From Macrostomum hystrix (taxonomy: Eukaryota; Animalia; Platyhelminthes), in contig CATNEN010000024.1 in the NCBI GenBank assembly GCA_950097015.1, positions 5,332,001-5,396,000 on the forward strand: 64,000 bases of DNA, written 5' to 3'. The notes beneath the pieces are model-generated. The model had not been told where the DNA came from, made no database searches, and was given only the letters and a program-made list of their open reading frames with translations. Within the stretch, counting starts at the first letter, position 1; each line of letters begins with the position of its first letter. The translations under genes were made by a program, and so were the position numbers. Positions 51,601 to 64,000 of the stretch are shown here, piece after piece.

Positions 51601-53233
51601 CGTCAGGCAACCACACGAGGCCGTGAATATGTGGACTGCCTCTACTCTGGTATTCAACTCTGAACCAAAAATCTCTAACCTTCCAATGGTCAATAAAAAA
51701 GCGCCGCGTGAAAATTTCGAAGCGATTCCAAAAGACGGTGTCAGCTAATCCTGGATCTGTTAGAAGCTTCTGCAGTAAGTTTGGGGAACCATCTTCAGAC
51801 TGTTCACTTTGCCAAAATGCGCGTAATTCTGGCCAATGCACATCTGCAGCAGACAGAGTGACAAATAAATGAGGCAATCCAATCGTCTGTATCATTGCTT
51901 CCAAGCGACGCCTCTGCAACTCCCAATAGGATTTTGTCCCTCGTAACATCATACCTCGGGCGCTTACACTAGCAAGAACCTCGGGATCCTTGAGGCGTTC
52001 TTTCATTTGCTCCGCATTTAAATTGGCACAACCTTTCTGGCTGACATAAACGCGACCTAATTCTAAAGCGCGCCATCGCATAATCATGTTTTCTAGAAAA
52101 AAGCGAAACCGAGGATCGCATCGAAATCGTGAACAATGGAATCGCATTAAATGCAATCCATAATCTCCTATGCTGATAGATTGAATTCGAGGACTACGGT
52201 AGTCACCACTTCCATCAGGAAATAGATGAGGAAATGCAAGTGTGAACAAGCCCTCCTGTCGAAATTCATTCACAGGATGTCTGCTTGACTTTGGCCACCG
52301 CAGCTTCTCTTCCAGAAGCTTTTGGCGAACTTGGTCTTCCAGTTCTCGCAGTGGGGATTCCATAAGTACAGCACTAATACTGTCACTACTGTGGGTCTCT
52401 GCATCGTCGTCGGAGTTTTTCTGCAAATTTATCTTTTCAGCAGATTTTGGATTTCTCTCCGCCATTTCAGATGCAAACATTGTTAGTAGACCACACATTA
52501 TATCATCTTCGGGTAACGCTGCAATGGCCTCTTCATCGAGATTAATGGCGTACTCCTTGAAGTATTTATTATTTTGCATTAGATATTTAATTGCGGCGAC
52601 CACTTTTTGTCGCCGAACTCGAAGTTTATTCGTGAATGCATTCAGATTTTTCTTTACACTCGCATTTTCCAGATCTTGCTGTTTCTGCTGCTCATGCGAT
52701 TCATACAAAAGAACTACTGGAAGTGATTTTCTCGGCAGCATTTTTACAACGTCAGACTGATCCTGTGGAAACAATATGCCATGTCCATGAGAACTTAACT
52801 GTCCTTGGGGAAACAGCCTAAATATTGTCAGTACACTTAGTACAGGCGATATCAACATCTGCTCAGCCACAGTCAAGTCGCGTAGTTCTTCGGGTTGCTC
52901 GCACGGATTGATATTGTTGTCATCACTAAACTTTTTCGGGTTGGATTTATCGGAAATGCAACGCTGACAGTTTAAATCGCTTTCATTCCGGAAATAAACA
53001 CCGGGAAACTTCTCTTTGCAAATGGCACACATTTTTATATTCGATACAAATCGCATGCTCTCCTCAAAAAAGGCATTCCGCATTTTTATAAACTGATTAT
53101 CAAAAGGATGCTTCAAGCACTCTGGAACTGTGGATTCGTCAGAGAAGCAAGGAGTCTGCAAGCCTTCCTCACTTTCAAGTTGCGAAAACGCTGAAGGTTC
53201 TGTTTGGTGAGCATTTGTGGAAAATGAAGGCAA
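48642..53233 (-). CDS. Helitron Rep (HUH) + PIF1 helicase; one frameshift near 49095 joins ORFs 53233-48986 and 49103-48642
   Basis: Rep: LFVTLSAADVHWPEL, RVEYQSRGSPHIHGLVW, YLIKYTSK. PIF1: GSAGSGKS, APTGVAAYNIGGETLHS, IMDEFSMIG, GDVFQLPPV, VRQAQD, and after the frameshift LAWAITVHKSQGLTL and LYTALSRV. Confidence 0.93.
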
Positions 53234-53547
53234 ATTTTCTTTCTGCTGAACCTTAAGAACATGGTCTTCAATCTCATTCTCACAATTGCGGTTGAATGGC
53301 CCATCGGTAACAACTTGTGGCCTTCTTGTGGATGCACGTCTGGAGGTACTGTCCTCAAAAATAGTTGGAAGCAGACGCTTGCATGGTTTTCAAGGTTTCG
53401 GCAGCTTCTTTGAAGTAAAGTTTTTGTCGATCGCATCCCCTTCAAAACTCGATGTAGTGGGCATATTATCAGCTCTTAGTTTTCGCCTATGCTCACCTTC
53501 ACTGGACCATCCAGGCGAAGGAACGCCATTATTGGCTGTAGGAAGTA

Positions 53548-56454
53548 CACTGTAATTCCCAAAGGTCCGAAGAAGGGTCCGGGAAAGGTCCATTGTGGAG
53601 GGTCCGGAGCGTCGAAATAACAGACCATGAAAGTTCCGTATTTTGATGGGTCCATATTGTAAAGTCCGTATTGCAAGGTCCGTATTTTGAAAGGTCCCTA
53701 TTGCAAAGTCCATATTTTTCAGATGTCCGCATTATGGGTCCGAAATATAAAAACTATTACACCCCAAAATGTATTCACTTGATCTGCAAGACACAAAATA
53801 CCCACTATTATAGGTATGAATTTTATGAATTTCCTTACCTGTAAAATTGTCCCCAATTACAATATGTGAGGCATACAATGTTTTCAGTCATTGCTCAATT
53901 TAAGAAAAGTAAGAAGTGAAGCATTCGTAATCAACAATCGCATGTTTATGAAGGATGTTAACGAATTTAAAGTATTTTTCATGGTATATAAAGATTGATC
54001 CTAAAATATTTATTGTTGTAGTACAAAAACAGTGGTAATAATAATATTTAGTAATTATTTGTTGCACATTACACATTGCGAATAAGTGTTTGCTTTGGTC
54101 ACTCAAATAGTGAAGTTGAATATACAGACTAAAAAGCACAAACTAAATACACAGAGCAATAAATAAGCAGCCAACATCGCCGTGACCCTCTGATGACAGA
54201 TAACAGTCTATGATTATGATTGTGAATATGAAAATAAATATTGTGATTGTGATTAGGCTTGTGAATACGATTAATTCACAGTCATACTCAATCGTACTAA
54301 CATGAAAATGAATATAATTATTATAAAAATGAAAATGATTACAATAGTCATGTCTAGGCGTTATATAATCATCTAACGAAGTGCATCCAAAATAGCTACT
54401 GCAGCCTTGCGGACGGCTTTCTTGCGAAGGCCCGACAGCACTTCGATTACCTCCAGAAACGCCTCTAGGGCAGGGAGGTGCTGGAGGTTGAACGCGATGA
54501 AGACAATTACAAATGCAATTATCGAGTCAGTAACACTGTCGAATGGGATGCTCGCACCGTTGACGAAAACGCCGCACCATTTTCCATCCTCTGTCAGAAT
54601 TCTGACTGGCAGTGCGTTGCGAAGAATAATAGACGGGTCGACTCGCAACCGACAGAGAAGAAGAAAGACAGCCACAGGCAGCTTGTCCTCCTCTGAAACA
54701 ATAAAGTATCCCCAGTCATGAAAGTAGCAATAACTGGCATTTTTATCAAATTACTTATTTGAAATTCTTCAAAGTAAAGCTCATTCAGCTCTCTAATTAA
54801 TGGAAATAAACAAAACTGTAAACCTTTCTTTTTAACATTTGAATCATTAAATACTGTTAAAAGAAAATATAAGTCTGAAGATGAACTAAGATATTCAGGG
54901 AAATTAAGAATAGTAAAGTATACTACACATAATTTATGTTTTGTTTTGGCAGACCCAATAGGATTACATATTTCAATTTTATCTGAATAAAGTTTTATGA
55001 ATATACCATTCTTATTTGTTAACAATGGACTAATATGTTCTTCAAAATAAGTAGACTTGAAAAAAAATTTTCATTGTTGTTTGCATTTAAATAAGAATTT
55101 GTAATAATATACTTAATCAATGTCTCATTTTTTATAATAGAACTAAGTGTTTCTTTTATTGGAATATATAGAATTTTTAATTTTGATTCTTCATCTATGA
55201 TTTCATTGGGCTCAACAAAATTAAACTTGTTTTGTAAAATTTCAAATATTTTTTTATTACTTAATAGATGCTCTAATGAAAGGTCAATCATTTCTTGCAA
55301 ATTTAATTTATTTTTATAAGAATTATAGCTGTTAACTATTGAAGGACATTCTTCTTTTAAGAATTGCTCAAATAACAAAAAATAGTCATCAGCAAACTTC
55401 AATACTATTTCCTTAACAAGTTCACATAATTGATTAGATTTGCTTTTAGGAATTAAAAAGAAATGTCTAGACTTTAGATAAAAGTAAACAAAATTTTCAG
55501 CAAGATGTTTTCTTGTATTTTCACATAAAAAATCACTAGATATTTCAAATTCAGGGTCTTTTTTTTCATTTTCAACTTGGTTACAAATAGTAGATAATAT
55601 GGCTATATCTATAGGCACAGCTTGCAATTCATTTTCTAAAGGGTTTCCTAATAAGTCTAGAGTAGGGTTATTATGAACACAATTTGGCTGTAGAACTTGG
55701 TCTTGGGAAAAATTATCAACAACACTGTTTTTGTGCATACGATAGGCATGTGCTTGTAATCCTTCAATTGTAACACTAATATGGAAACATCCCCTAACTG
55801 GACATAAAAAATTGCTATTCCCAAAAGAATGGTATAGTTTTATATGACTTATAAGCTTAAATAAATCCTTGTGTGTATGAAGACATATACTACATTGAAA
55901 TAGTTTTGAAATTACATTTTCATCTCCATTTAACATATCCTGGACAGTGGATAAGCCTACTAAATTCGACGTTGTGGAATGGACAACGCGTAAAAACGTT
56001 TAAAAAGCACTAATTTTAAGGTTTGATCAGAACGAATTGCACGCAACAATCTAAATGTTCGAAGTTAGTAGAGTGAAACAAAAGTTCCCAACATATTTTT
56101 GATCTGTGTTAGAAATGCGCTTGTACCTGTTAAAAGGAATACAATATATAATTCCTTTAATTTAAGGCATTTAGAGCTTTCGATTGATGCAATTACATTT
56201 GACGGATAATTTTATTTGTGTTTTTATGCGGCAAAAAATACGGTGGTATAAAACCTAAATTAATTTCCAGTCCGATTTTCTCTATAAAATCACGCGTGTG
56301 CTTAAAAAAAATATAATTTGAGGGCACTTGAAAAAATTTCATTCGTTTTCTCTGACCAAAAAAATCGGACCTTCAGACATGAAGGTCCGCCTTCAGGCAT
56401 GAAGGTCCGCATTATGCAATTCGGACCTTATCCGGACCCATGAGATTTACAGTG
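53548..56454 (-). mobile_element. Internally deleted EnSpm/CACTA-superfamily element (CACTG termini, TA TSD), 2907 bp
   Basis: Left end CACTGTAATTCCCAAAGGTCCG versus right end (reverse complement) CACTGTAAATCTCATGGGTCCG; TA on both flanks; GGTCCG subterminal repeats at both ends; strongly AT-rich interior. Confidence 0.85.
54373..55936 (-). pseudogene. Truncated EnSpm-like transposase (two C2H2 fingers plus LYSD..CNPIGS..HKL block) fused by deletion to the C-terminus of a second element ORF
   Basis: ORF 55936-55019 shifts frame at an A8 run (~55060-55067) into 55025-54594; similarity stops at GDTL (~54700); 54675-54373 resembles the SAMD3-like accessory ORFs of animal EnSpm elements (family assignment from recall). 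Confidence 0.65.
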
Positions 56455-57333
56455 TAGTACGTCATAGTGTTCATTGTGAAATAATAGTCGAACTACAGCA
56501 GCAGGCTGCTGAACTGTGCGCTGCATTCTCACTGTTCCATCGGCATTATAAATGTACATGTCTACATTTAAGCAGCTGCTTATAACAGTAGGAACCTCAT
56601 CTGGAACATATTGTCCAGTTAAAAAAGTTGCAGCAACTATGTCATGAAATCCGGCTTCATCGAAAAAACCTTCATTTTGCATTGCTCTCAGATAAGGAAT
56701 AGCAGCCTCTCCTAGGAATTCTCGAAGCTCGGCGCTACTCCGAGCCAGATTTGTTCCACGCAAGGATTTGCTGAGAGCATGAAAGAAGCAATTTCCATCT
56801 CCAGGAACACGCTCTCTGTGCAATTCTGGCATTGGAATGAAGTTTGAGTTAGAACCATTATAATTCGGCGCAGACTGTTTTAGATTCGTTTCAGCTTCTG
56901 CATGAATGATTGTGGGAGTGACTTTTTGTTGAAATTCTAAAGAGTAATCTTCGGATGTACTGGAGTTCTCACTTGAAGCATCCAAGTCCACATTAAAGGT
57001 TGGAAAGGCTGCAAATCGGTTCGATTTTTCATCTATCTTTTGTCTCTTGCCGTTCGTCGATTCTGACACTGCACGGGGCGTCCTCGTTCGAGTGCACTGG
57101 CTAACACGTGTGTCATTTTCAGGTTCTTGACACCGTCGCCCAATCAATTCAGCCTTTGAAGAACGATTTCTACGAAGTCGCTTTTGGGTCCGCCATTCCA
57201 CAACTGATTCAGTCAATGGCAGTTCATCGGAGATGCAATCATTCACAGCAGTCACATGTGTGAGAGAAGCAATGTGCCACTTACCTGATGAACTTCGTTG
57301 AAGGCAAATGCGAGGCACACTGCGCAACATCAT
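56455..57333 (-). CDS. OTU cysteine-protease domain, N-terminal part of the Helentron polyprotein
   Basis: Cys box VPGDGNCFFHALS and His box LLFHNEHYDVL; the frame is cut immediately after HYDVL by the CACTG element. Confidence 0.85.
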
Positions 57334-57374
57334 CAGTCAGTGTGGAAATTATGTCCTCTCTTTCTTTAACCACC

Positions 57375-57670
57375 AGGGTCGAACTGGGACTTGCAGATGC
57401 AGTGGCACTGTCAGTTGCCATCAGAGTTGCACTGGGACTTGCAGATACAGTGGCACTGTCAGTTGCCATCAGAGTCGCACTGGGACTTGCAGATACAGTG
57501 GCACTGTCAGTTGCCATCAGAGTCGCACTGGGACTTGCAGATACAGTGGCACTGTCAGTTGCCATCAGAGTCGCACTGGGACTTGCAGATACAGTGGCAC
57601 TGTCAGTTGCCATCAGAGTCGCACTGGGACTTGCTGATACAGTGGCAGTGGCACTGTCAGTTGCCATCAG
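57375..57670 (-). repeat. 48-bp tandem repeat, ~6 copies, encoding (MATDSATVSASPSATL)n on the minus strand
   Basis: Unit gcactgggacttgcagatacagtggcactgtcagttgccatcagagtc. Confidence 0.92.
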
Positions 57671-59649
57671 TATGGCACTGGCAGTGCATGGCAGTTACCT
57701 GCCCTGAATAGGTCTACATCTACTGATTACTGTAGATCTTCGAAAACAAAGAATGGAAAATATTAAGCACGTATGTTAATTAATAGTCAGAGACGAAGAT
57801 ATGATGCGCTCTACGCTGCAATTAAAATGGCATATTGAAACAAAGCCTGAGAAAGCCTGAATCGTTTCATCCCAGTCGACTGAACCCATCCACCTCTTGG
57901 AAAGGACGCACTGTCTGTCCCTTCTTCCCCAATCCCTTCTTGCAACAGTGTTCAGTGTACAGTCCAGGGTGAATCTCTTTCTCCTTCTCTTCTCCGTCTG
58001 TGCACGCACCCCACAGTCCAAGGCCCCACTTTCCGCCAACGCCAACCAATCCTCTGCATCCTATCGCATTGCAGGGCTGGCTTCTCCAATACCACACAAG
58101 GGAAGGGCATTTGCTTACTGAGTGGCGGCTGGCGGAAAGGGGTGTAGACTGTTTGTCTCGCTCGGAAGTAATGTGTACATTAGTGAGTGTCAATGTACAT
58201 CCGAGATTCATGCGAAGCGAAGGAAGGAAGGAACGATGGGATACCCCGGGAGGGATAGGTTAGGAAGGAAAGGCAGGCAGCCTGCCTATGGTTTGGCTGT
58301 GTTGGCCTTGGGTTCTGACTCTGACTTCTAACTATCACAGTGATAGTTAATCGGCGAAATGACTTGCCAAAAATACAGAGCTGAAGAAAAAAGTTACTTT
58401 TTCAACTTCGACAGCAATTTTCACAGGGATCCACTCCGTATAGAAAAAACTCCTTGCATACCATTAAACTACAGTAAGTTAGGAAACAAATGATGGCATT
58501 CGCTTGTCTCTAGCACATTCCATAAATTATAATGAGCACTTTTTCGGAAAGCAGTTTGAGAACGGGATTTTCAGTATTCCTTAAATAACTTCGGCATGCA
58601 AGAAGATTAAGATTTGAAACTTTACACACTTATGCAACTTCGAATTTCGCATCGATTGACGCATAGTGCATCATTCTAGCTTCTTTGGTTCCAGCACAAC
58701 TTCGAAAAAACGAAAAGTGCACACTTTCTTCTTTTGTACGTTTTGTCACCAAAGTGCCAACTTTTTGAACCAATTAAAAAAAGTAACCCGATATTATCAT
58801 GTGACTTAGACAGGCGCACATATAACCCTCAGACATTTCCTCTCAAACTCTTCAAGTGCATGAGGAAATGCACTTTTGTGGGCGCAAAAAAACGAAACGA
58901 TTTGTTCACTGTCTTACTGTGCTACAATAGTAGGCTCTACCATTACAAAATTATATTCACACGAAAGAGCAGAATCTTCTCTTTAAAATGATACCCCATT
59001 TGTCGAGTTAGGTGCAGTGGTTTCGAAGTTACAGCATTTTTAGTGAGAGCATTTTTCAAATTTTTCTTCTGCACACGTCTCAACTTATTAACTCGTCACA
59101 AGCCAGGCCACCCAATGCGCTTCGCGCATTGGCTGGCTGTTTGTTCCTCGTGCTTGGCACTTCGTGCCTTCGCGCTCGCTCCGCTCACCCCAACAGCACA
59201 CAGGCCACGCGCTTCGGACGTGGCCTGTGTGTTGTTGGCGTTCGCGGAGCTCACTGGGGAACTAGTTTCTTTAAGTATTCCAACAATGCATAGCCATATT
59301 TAGTGATATGCATAAACTAACCCAAATTCTTAGAATAAAATATTTATCAAATTGTTAAGATTTTATTAATTGCATATAATATATAGCTTAAACATCAGCA
59401 TTAGCTTCTGGTTTAATATCTTATTCATCATCAATGTGTAATTTGGTAATCATAATGCATTAAAAATGAAAATACAAAACTCCTTTGAGTTTTTTATTAT
59501 AATTCTTTCTTTCTTTCTCAGTAGAGTAGAGCTTTGATTTTATCAATATTTTATTCAATTCACAAACAATTCACTAAATTTTCAGCAACAAGAGTTCAAT
59601 TTTGGCCACAGAATCCAAAAGCCGACTTCAGACTTTGTTGAGTTGAGCA

Positions 59650-62600
59650 ATGTCACGCAAGTTCACATTCAAATCCTTCAAGTCAGGCACCAATAATGGC
59701 ACCAGTAATGCTAACGAATCGGCCAATAGAAGCCTATTGGACTCAACGCTGACAGCGGAAGTCGAAATTCAGGCCCAGCAGAAGCAGCCGTCAGCATCGT
59801 TTGCCCTATTCGGTACATCAGCACCCGCAGTTCCTGCTGCAGAAAAAGCTTCCAGCAATCATGGGAGCTCATTTAAATCGGTGCCAACTGCCAAAGTGCC
59901 ACCGATTTCGATGCAAAACCCATCCGCAGTACAGTCGACATCCAATGTCCAAGAGAGTAGTCGACCGTCTTTGCTATCTAGCATCTACGCCAGGGATTCC
60001 CAGATGGTCGACCTGCTTGCAGAGTCGCCGGCAGCTCCTAAACAGCAGCCAGGTGACTTTGACGCCTCCGCCATGCCGGAACCGTCTGGCTACGAGGACC
60101 CCAACCACTATATTGACGAATTCGACGATGATTTGGACTTCCGTATACCGTTATCCATTAATAACAGATCTGATGTCCTGTCATCAACGACACGGGCCGG
60201 CCCCACCACGCCTGCATCGACTGGACCAGTCGCGACAGCTGCTTCAACAACGAAGATAGCGAAGCCAGAGCCGGTCAAAACTCGGCATGATGACGACGAC
60301 GACGAATTTCTTACACCAGTTCAATCTGCTGGTCGGAAGCGTCCGCGAATCGAGTCCGACAATGAGGACGAAGATGATGACGACGATTTCATCAGCGAAT
60401 TCAAATTCGACGACGACCTTGATGATGACGAAGACGCCGAGGAAGAAATTTTGGATACACAGCCATCCGCAACGCCGCGTGCCTCAGTTCCCACTGACAC
60501 TGCGGAGCCAGAGATTCGTCTCTCGAAGCGCATCTACGAATCCATGCGTGGTGTCTGTCTGGCTGTCAGGGAACTGCCCTCCGGCCAGCTCTTTGACGCT
60601 TTCGGCCAGTCTGCCACTGATGTTTTCCGGTTGCTGGGCGAGCTGCGCGGTCACCTCGACTCGGACGCGCCGTCATTGCTTGCGCCAACGCCTTCTGTTA
60701 CTAAGCAGCCGACGCCGCGATCTACGTCTCCTCCTCCAGCACCGCAGCGACCAATGCCGACAACGTCGTTAAACTCTTCTTCGACTTCGCGTCCTGCTGT
60801 CGTCAAGCCGGCTCCAGTACCGACGCCACTTCCAGTTGACTCTGACCGCAAGCCGTTGTTCAAGCGAGCCCGTGGCCTCATCGACTCTTTCGGTATGGAC
60901 TCTAGCAGCAATGCCCCAGTGTTGGCGACTTCAACAGTGTCTGTTTCTGCTGGAGCGTCTGGCAAGCTAACTACTGCAATGACTGCCAACTTCGCAGCCG
61001 GCGAAAAGCCGTCCATATCGTCCGTCCGCGCGTCTCTCGATTTTGACTGCCCGCCAGCAGCATCGAAGTCTTCAGCAACGGCTGCAACTTCATCAACTGT
61101 CCGGCCGAAGAAGGCGTCATTAACGGCTGCTGAAGCCACTGCCGGTGACAGTTACGTGCCTTTGGAGTCGCGCCAGTCAAAATGGGTGTCGGCAGTTTCC
61201 AACGCAGCTGTGCCGGCGCACGCCGGGCCGACTAACACAAAGCAGCCGGATCATTCGACCGAATTCGGCCGGCAAGATTATCCGCATTCGCTAAGAATGC
61301 AGCGAGAATTTCGCGAGTTATTCGGCTTGAAAGAGTTTCGGCGTAATCAGCTACAAGCCATTAACGCCTGCCTGCTCGGCCACGACACTTTCGTTCTGAT
61401 GCCCACTGGAGGAGGCAAAAGCCTCTGCTACCAGCTGCCCGCTGTGGTGACAGACGGCTGCACTATTGTGGTGTCTCCTCTGTTGTCTTTGATCACCGAT
61501 CAGGTTAATAAGCTGAACTCTCTAGGTATCAGAGCCTACCAGCTGACTGGCGATATCGGGCCGCAGCAGCAGGATCAGGTGTTTGCCATGCTCACGAATT
61601 CCACCGGCTGTCAGGTGCAGCTACTGTACGTTACTCCTGAAAAAATTAGCCAGTCTGATAAGCTTCAGCGCTGCTTCACTGTGCTGCACCAGCGCGGGCA
61701 GCTAGACAGATTCGTCATCGACGAGGCTCACTGTGTCAGCCAGTGGGGGCACGACTTTCGACAGGATTATCGCAATTTGAATAAACTGAGAACCATGTTT
61801 CCAAATGTGCCGATGATGGCCTTGACGGCCACTGCCACGCCTCAGGTTCGGAGACTTTTATAATTTCATAAAAACTTCAGACGAAAACTAAAATATTAGT
61901 AGTGGGAGGTTTCTTAGGCTATTTTAAGTTTGCTCTCAACTGTCTTTGTTAACATTTATCTGTCGCACAGGTTCGTCTCGACATTGAGAAGCAGCTGGGC
62001 CTCAGAAAAGATGATACCAAATGGTTTATTTCGTCGTTCAATCGACCCAACCTGCGCTACCAGGTCGAACAGAAGAAGGGCAAGGCCAGTATGGACCAAG
62101 TGGTGGAGACTATTAACAAATCTTTCCGCAATCAGAGTGGCATTGTTTACTGCTTGTCGCGCAAGGAATGCGAACAGGTGGCCACGACGCTGTGCCGTTC
62201 CGGCATCAAGGCCCGGGCCTACCACGCCGGCTTATCCGACACGAAGCGGCGCGACGTCCTTCAAGACTGGCTTCAGGAGTCCACCTGCAAGGTTGTCTGC
62301 GCCACCATCGCATTCGGCATGGGCATAGATAAGGCCGATGTGCGCTTTGTCATTCATTATTCCATGCCGAAATCGATCGAAGGCTTCTACCAGGAGGCCG
62401 GCCGAGCCGGACGGGATGGCAAGCCGTCCACCTGCCTGCTGCTGTTCTGCTACTCGGACAAGACCAGGCTGCAGCGCCTTATTGAAGGCGAAACTGGCGG
62501 CACCTATGAGACTAGGCAGATCCACTACAGCAATCTGAACAGCATGGTGTCCTACTGCTTAAATGTCACGGATTGTCGGCGCGCCCAACTGTTGACCTAC

Positions 62601-64000
62601 TTTGGCGAATATTTCGACAAGTCCGACTGCGACGCTATGCGTGGCTGCGCCTGCGACAACTGCGACAACAGGGCTGACTTTGAGCTGCGCGACTTCACTA
62701 AACAGGCGTCAACTGTGGTTGAACTGGTGCGCAAACTGCTGGAGGATCGCCGGGTGAAACTGGCCCCCGGCCAGCTGGTTCAGTTCTTCCGTCGCCTGCA
62801 GAACAACCGGCTGAGCAGTCTGGACCTCACTAGTCACGCCCTGTACGGCAGCCTGAGCCACATTAGCACGACTGACATGGAGCGGCTGGTGCGAAAGCTC
62901 ATCTGCGAGCACTACCTGCAGGAGGAGCTTGTGTCTCAAGGAGAGCACATCTTTACCTACGCTGTGCCGGGGCCACGCGGCGCCCTGCTGCAACAGCCTG
63001 GGCACTGCTTCCAGCTGGCTATCAAGGTTAGGAGACTGGCTTTACTGCTGTGTATATGGGGCAGGGTTGAGCTGAAAGTGCATGGCAGAGCGGTCTTTGC
63101 CTCTCGCACCAAGGTCCCTGAGCTGGATTCCTGTGCGAGGCCAAATTCATTTGGGGTGCAGCCGCGTAGAGAAGGCTTGGGGGCTTGTCGTGCAATTTAC
63201 ACCCTTGAGGGCCAACCTCCAAGGCACAATGAGAGTTTACACTGCCTGACGATGAGAAATTCAGGGCAGATGTACACACCTGTGTGAGCGTGTGCCTGCG
63301 TACAGTATCTGTGTGCGTGTGTGCTCAGGAGTCAGCGAAATGGGCAGAATTTCCTCCTCGCAGGCTGTGGGTCGAATGTCACACATTATTTTTATTAAAG
63401 GTGCTGGCATTGAGTAATGTACTCTTGTGCACCGTCCATTAAAATATTTAATCCTAACTATTACAAAAAAATTTAATTCGCCATTCTGTTTCCACCATCC
63501 CAGGTGTCGAACCGCTCCTCCGCGGCCAAGCTTGATGACAAGAAGCCGCTAGACAAGTACGCCGCAGCCAAGGAGAACTGCTTGAACGAGCTGACAGAAC
63601 TAGCCAAGCAGCTGGCCATGGACAAAGGCGTTAAAAACTACACCAACGTATTCCCAACTGAGTGCCTGCGCGAGATAGCGGAGCGGCTGCCAACCACGGT
63701 GGACGAGCTGCTCACCATCACTGGCATGACTCACGCCAAAGTTGAGAACCTTGGCGCGCACAGGTTCCTAGAGCTGACGCAGGACTATCTGCTGCTAACT
63801 GAGACCATGCGAGCAGAGGAGCGCGAAGCCGAAGAGAAGGCTCGCCGTATGGCTCCGCCAGTCCCTGTGGTCTCATCTAGCGGCGTTGGCAGCTTCGCTA
63901 AATCGTCCAGCGGATCCTCCGGAGCCGGCGGCGGCAATCGATCGAAGTACTTTTCTAGTAAGAAATGGCGTCGAGGTCGAGGTACAGCTAAGCAGCGCGG
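59650..64000 (+). CDS. BLM: BLM-like RecQ helicase; 3' end lies outside the window
   Basis: Exons 59650-61845, 61971-63026 and 63504->64000 are in frame. Long acidic N-terminus; helicase motifs [63 protein letters not shown]; [19 protein letters not shown]; HRDC-like helices in exon 3. Confidence 0.9.
63080..63380 (+). mobile_element. SINE family 2, in intron 2 of the BLM-like gene
   Basis: catggcagagcgg...gagggccaacctccaaggc...gtgtgtgctcaggagtcagcg matches the reverse complement of 36085-36416. Confidence 0.85.

Larger units (their letters stand above)
47025..59266 (-). mobile_element. Helentron/Helitron2-type rolling-circle transposon, ~12.2 kb including nested insertions
   Basis: Encodes OTU, Rep and PIF1 domains. 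A perfect 12-bp inverted pair, CCCCAGTGAGCT (47053-47064) and AGCTCACTGGGG (59248-59259), lies near an ACTAGT at each end. Rep motif 2 reads EYQSRGSPHIH. Confidence 0.75.

Noticed and set aside
63027-63287. C-terminal 87 aa of the 398-aa ORF 62091-63287
   Set aside because: Read-through past the AAG|gttagg donor into an intronic SINE; the true frame resumes at 63504.

Overview
Intron-containing invertebrate genomic DNA. The style is reminiscent of a flatworm such as Macrostomum, but that is unverified. In order, the window holds: a PTB+SH2 adaptor gene (SH2D5-like, with a polyQ linker); a 49-bp tandem array; a cluster of four ~920-940-aa DSTYK-like genes; a secreted C-type lectin gene; a ~12.2-kb Helentron/Helitron2-type rolling-circle element; and a BLM-like RecQ helicase gene that runs off the right edge. 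Each DSTYK-like gene fuses an N-terminal dynamin-like P-loop GTPase (G1 GQTKxGKS, G3 DxPG) to a C-terminal kinase. The layout is pseudokinase <- kinase <- | -> kinase -> pseudokinase, with exon-scale gene conversion, a precise intron loss and an orphan half-exon. The Helentron's OTU-Rep-PIF1 polyprotein can be rebuilt by removing a nested CACTG/TA (EnSpm-type) insertion, one stop codon and one frameshift. Intergenic and intronic DNA carries three tRNA-derived SINE families, hAT and other MITEs, an RTE-like LINE fragment and several minisatellites. There are no CRISPR arrays or rRNA genes, and no tRNA gene could be supported. All exon models were derived by hand from GT-AG sites and frame continuity; identity figures are by-eye counts.
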